A stretch of DNA of 59,121 bases, counting the filler. It is 5 parts of 5 records of this genome, joined end to end, with 100 filler letters (N's around TTAATTAATTAA, not from the genome) between each part and the next. Parts side by side here need not be neighbours in the genome. Positions count along the whole stretch, not along the records: positions 53,799 to 59,121 come from SRR31156797_2637; 4 more parts are not named here. One strand, given 5' to 3'. A program made the translations under genes and the position numbers. Under the pieces are notes generated by a model. That model was not told where the DNA came from, ran no database searches, and saw only the letters and a list, made by a program, of their open reading frames with translations. Of the stretch, positions 57,505 through 59,121 are shown piece by piece. Within the stretch, counting starts at the first letter, position 1. Every line of letters begins with the position of its first letter.

Positions 57505-58278
57505 TTAGTTTTCCTGCCAGTTTTCAAATTTAACCCAGATCACAGCGCCTAATTCTATATCCTTTTTTTCACCTTCATGCACCATTTTTTTATCCGAGGT
57601 GTTCAAAGCGGCAAACCCCCACCAGCCGGAACGGGGTGCTGAATATGAAAAAACACCGTTGCCGTCGGCTTTGACGGTCTGGGTGATCATTTCTTCACCA
57701 GGGGCCTTGGCCTTTTTGTTTTGGTTGTAGTATTCCACTTCCACCTCTGCGTAGGGCACCGGTTTTCCATTGAGCTTGACAATGCCCTGAAAAATATTTC
57801 CGGCATAAAGGCCAAAGGGCTTTGAAAGGGGAACAATTTCAGTTTTGAGTCCCAATTCCTCATCCCAGCCTTCATCATCCCCAAATGCCGACACAATGGT
57901 CCGGGTATAATGGATGATAAAGCAATCCTCGGCAGGCTCCCAATAGGGCACAGGTTCCATGACAAAGGAATGGGCTCCTGGACGCCGGATCTTATACTCA
58001 AGGGTCCAGGCCGGATGTTCCATGACATTGGCCGGTTTGAGGCTGTTTAAAAGATCGGTTTTTTCTCCATCCCTGACCATAAAAAAAGCCGTGGGCTTTA
58101 CCAATTCCATGCCGATTCCTTCAAAGGGATGGGAAAAGGAAAGACTCAGGGATATGGACCGTTGATCTTCCGGAGCCACCATGTTGTCCGTTGGGATAAC
58201 CATGCCGAAATGGGCAAAGGCATTTGAGGTAAAAAACAAAATCAGGGCAAAAGATAGGATAGACAGAGGGTGTTTCAT
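57505..58278 (-). CDS. DUF4198 periplasmic protein (NikK-like)
   Basis: Signal peptide then AHFGMVIP, PYWEPAED..IIHY, EIVPL..P, GWWGFAAL. Confidence 0.82.
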   Translation of the reverse strand: MKHPLSILSFALILFFTSNAFAHFGMVIPTDNMVAPEDQRSISLSLSFSHPFEGIGMELVKPTAFFMVRDGEKTDLLNSLKPANVMEHPAWTLEYKIRRPGAHSFVMEPVPYWEPAEDCFIIHYTRTIVSAFGDDEGWDEELGLKTEIVPLSKPFGLYAGNIFQGIVKLNGKPVPYAEVEVEYYNQNKKAKAPGEEMITQTVKADGNGVFSYSAPRSGWWGFAALNTSDKKMVHEGEKKDIELGAVIWVKFENWQEN

Positions 58279-58313
58279 TTTTTAATTTCCTTACATTAAA
58301 TGGGGTTTAGGCC

Positions 58314-58364
58314 AAAAAAAACCACGAAGGGAAAAGGGGTTTTCCTTTTCAAACCTTCGTGGTT
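58314..58364 (-). terminator. intrinsic terminator inside the leader of the Ni/Co operon (attenuator-like)
   Basis: Minus strand AACCACGAAGG-ttt-GAAAAGG-aaaacc-CCTTTTC-CCTTCGTGGTT ending in a T8 run, 35 nt before the ATG at 58278. Confidence 0.75.
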
Positions 58365-58428
58365 GTCACTTTTTATCTATGTGTTTACTGCTAGCGCATT
58401 GTCGGGCTTCTGCCCGTATTTTCCAAAA

Positions 58429-58457
58429 AACTTACCCCCTCAATGAAAAATAGTCAA
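58429..58457 (-). promoter_or_regulatory. candidate sigma70 promoter of the Ni/Co operon
   Basis: Minus strand TTGACT, 17-nt spacer, TAAGTT. Confidence 0.5.
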
Positions 58458-58475
58458 CGCTTAAGTGCCCAGGCC

Positions 58476-58841
58476 TTATTTTTTAACCCAGGCCCCTGAC
58501 TCGCTCTGGACATATTGTCCTGGTTTGGCCCGTCCGGCCAGGGTATTGGCCCTCCGTTTCTGGACAAGTTCCACCGAAACCCCCTGCTGCTGGGCAATCT
58601 TTTTATAAATTGATTTGCGGTCCTTATTTTCAGCTGCCACCACATCGGCCCTGGACTGTTTACCCGTAACAAATCCCAGGTATCCCTGGTTGGTTTCCCC
58701 CACGATCCCCTCGGCCTTGAGGCTGGAGATCACCGGAAGCCTTTTTTTCATCCGTTCTTTGATGCCGCCGGCCCAAGTGATCCCGGTGACAATGAAAACC
58801 GCTGCAACGGCCATCAGAATGATTTTTTTGGTCTGTTTCAT
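58476..58841 (-). CDS. YdbL / DUF1318 family protein
   Basis: Signal peptide, KAEGIVGETNQGYL, AENKDR..Y..IA, GQYVQ..G.WVKK. Confidence 0.85.
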   Translation of the reverse strand: MKQTKKIILMAVAAVFIVTGITWAGGIKERMKKRLPVISSLKAEGIVGETNQGYLGFVTGKQSRADVVAAENKDRKSIYKKIAQQQGVSVELVQKRRANTLAGRAKPGQYVQSESGAWVKK

Positions 58842-59053
58842 TATTCCCCCTCTTTTTCTTCAAGTTCATCTTCAGCCGCGTCAATATCACCGAAGAAATC
58901 ATCCAGTGCCTTGTCAACCTTGACATTCACATCAATGGTAATGTGAATGGGCTTGATTTCAACCGGCTTTACTTCCACCTCATGGCTGGTACTGCATCCG
59001 GCCAGAGCCAGAAAAAAAAGACAGATTGCAATGGAACCCAGTTTTTTGGCCAT
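58841..59053 (-). CDS. YnbE-like lipoprotein
   Basis: Lipobox LAGC, KPIHITIDVNVKVDKALDDFF; upstream of the ydbL-like gene. Confidence 0.8.
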   Translation of the reverse strand: MAKKLGSIAICLFFLALAGCSTSHEVEVKPVEIKPIHITIDVNVKVDKALDDFFGDIDAAEDELEEKEGE

Positions 59054-59068
59054 TTTCTCTCCTTTATC

Positions 59069-59119
59069 TTATTCCATCATATTTTTTAGTTTATTACCAA
59101 ATTTCATGACCCGGTTAAA
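59069..59119 (-). CDS. C-terminal fragment of an upstream gene (possibly YdbH-like)
   Basis: Reads FNRVMKFGNKLKNMME* from the window end; identity inferred only from the ydbH-ynbE-ydbL gene order. Confidence 0.4.
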   Translation of the reverse strand, partial: FNRVMKFGNKLKNMME

Positions 59120-59121
59120 GG

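Noticed and set aside
1-59121. CRISPR arrays, tRNA/rRNA genes, transposases, integrases, prophage genes
   Set aside because: None recognised by eye or in the ORF track. Short RNA genes could have been missed without a covariance-model scan.

Overview
This window is not one locus. It is five separate contigs joined by artificial 100-nt linkers (44 N + TTAATTAATTAA + 44 N) at 15215-15314, 25001-25100, 41233-41332 and 53699-53798. Contig A (1-15214, Spirochaetales-like by inference) is a sugar-catabolic region: two ROK regulators, a TctCBA transporter, a sugar ABC transporter, a Gfo/Idh/MocA oxidoreductase, two TIM-barrel isomerase/epimerases and two sulfatases. Contig B (15315-25000, Desulfobacterales-like) has a YegD-type Hsp70 and an AT-rich, integrase-less integron cassette array. 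The array holds an attI-like site, one intact attC, a nonsense-interrupted PD-(D/E)xK/DUF4365-like nuclease and an L,D-transpeptidase + lipoprotein pair. Contig B also has TetR and MarR modules with visible duplicated operators, a sirtuin and a partial MFS gene. Contig C (25101-41232, probably the same lineage as A) is a sialic-acid-type catabolic cluster: NanA-like lyase, AGE epimerase, SGNH esterase, four sulfatases, a URO-D/methyltransferase-family protein, GntR and an Opp-type ABC transporter whose binding protein appears circularly permuted. Contig D (41333-53698, alphaproteobacterial) has radA-cvpA-purF-SDR, BamB/YfgM-like genes, an orphan PAS kinase, and a CtrA-box-preceded unit of lipoprotein, Sel1+FliL-like fusion and TPR-glycosyltransferase. 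Contig E (53799-59121, Desulfobacterales-like) has a partial aldehyde:ferredoxin oxidoreductase, a Ni/Co ECF operon behind an attenuator-like leader, and ydbH-ynbE-ydbL-like genes. All calls come from motif reading by eye; no database searches were run, and taxonomic labels are inferences.
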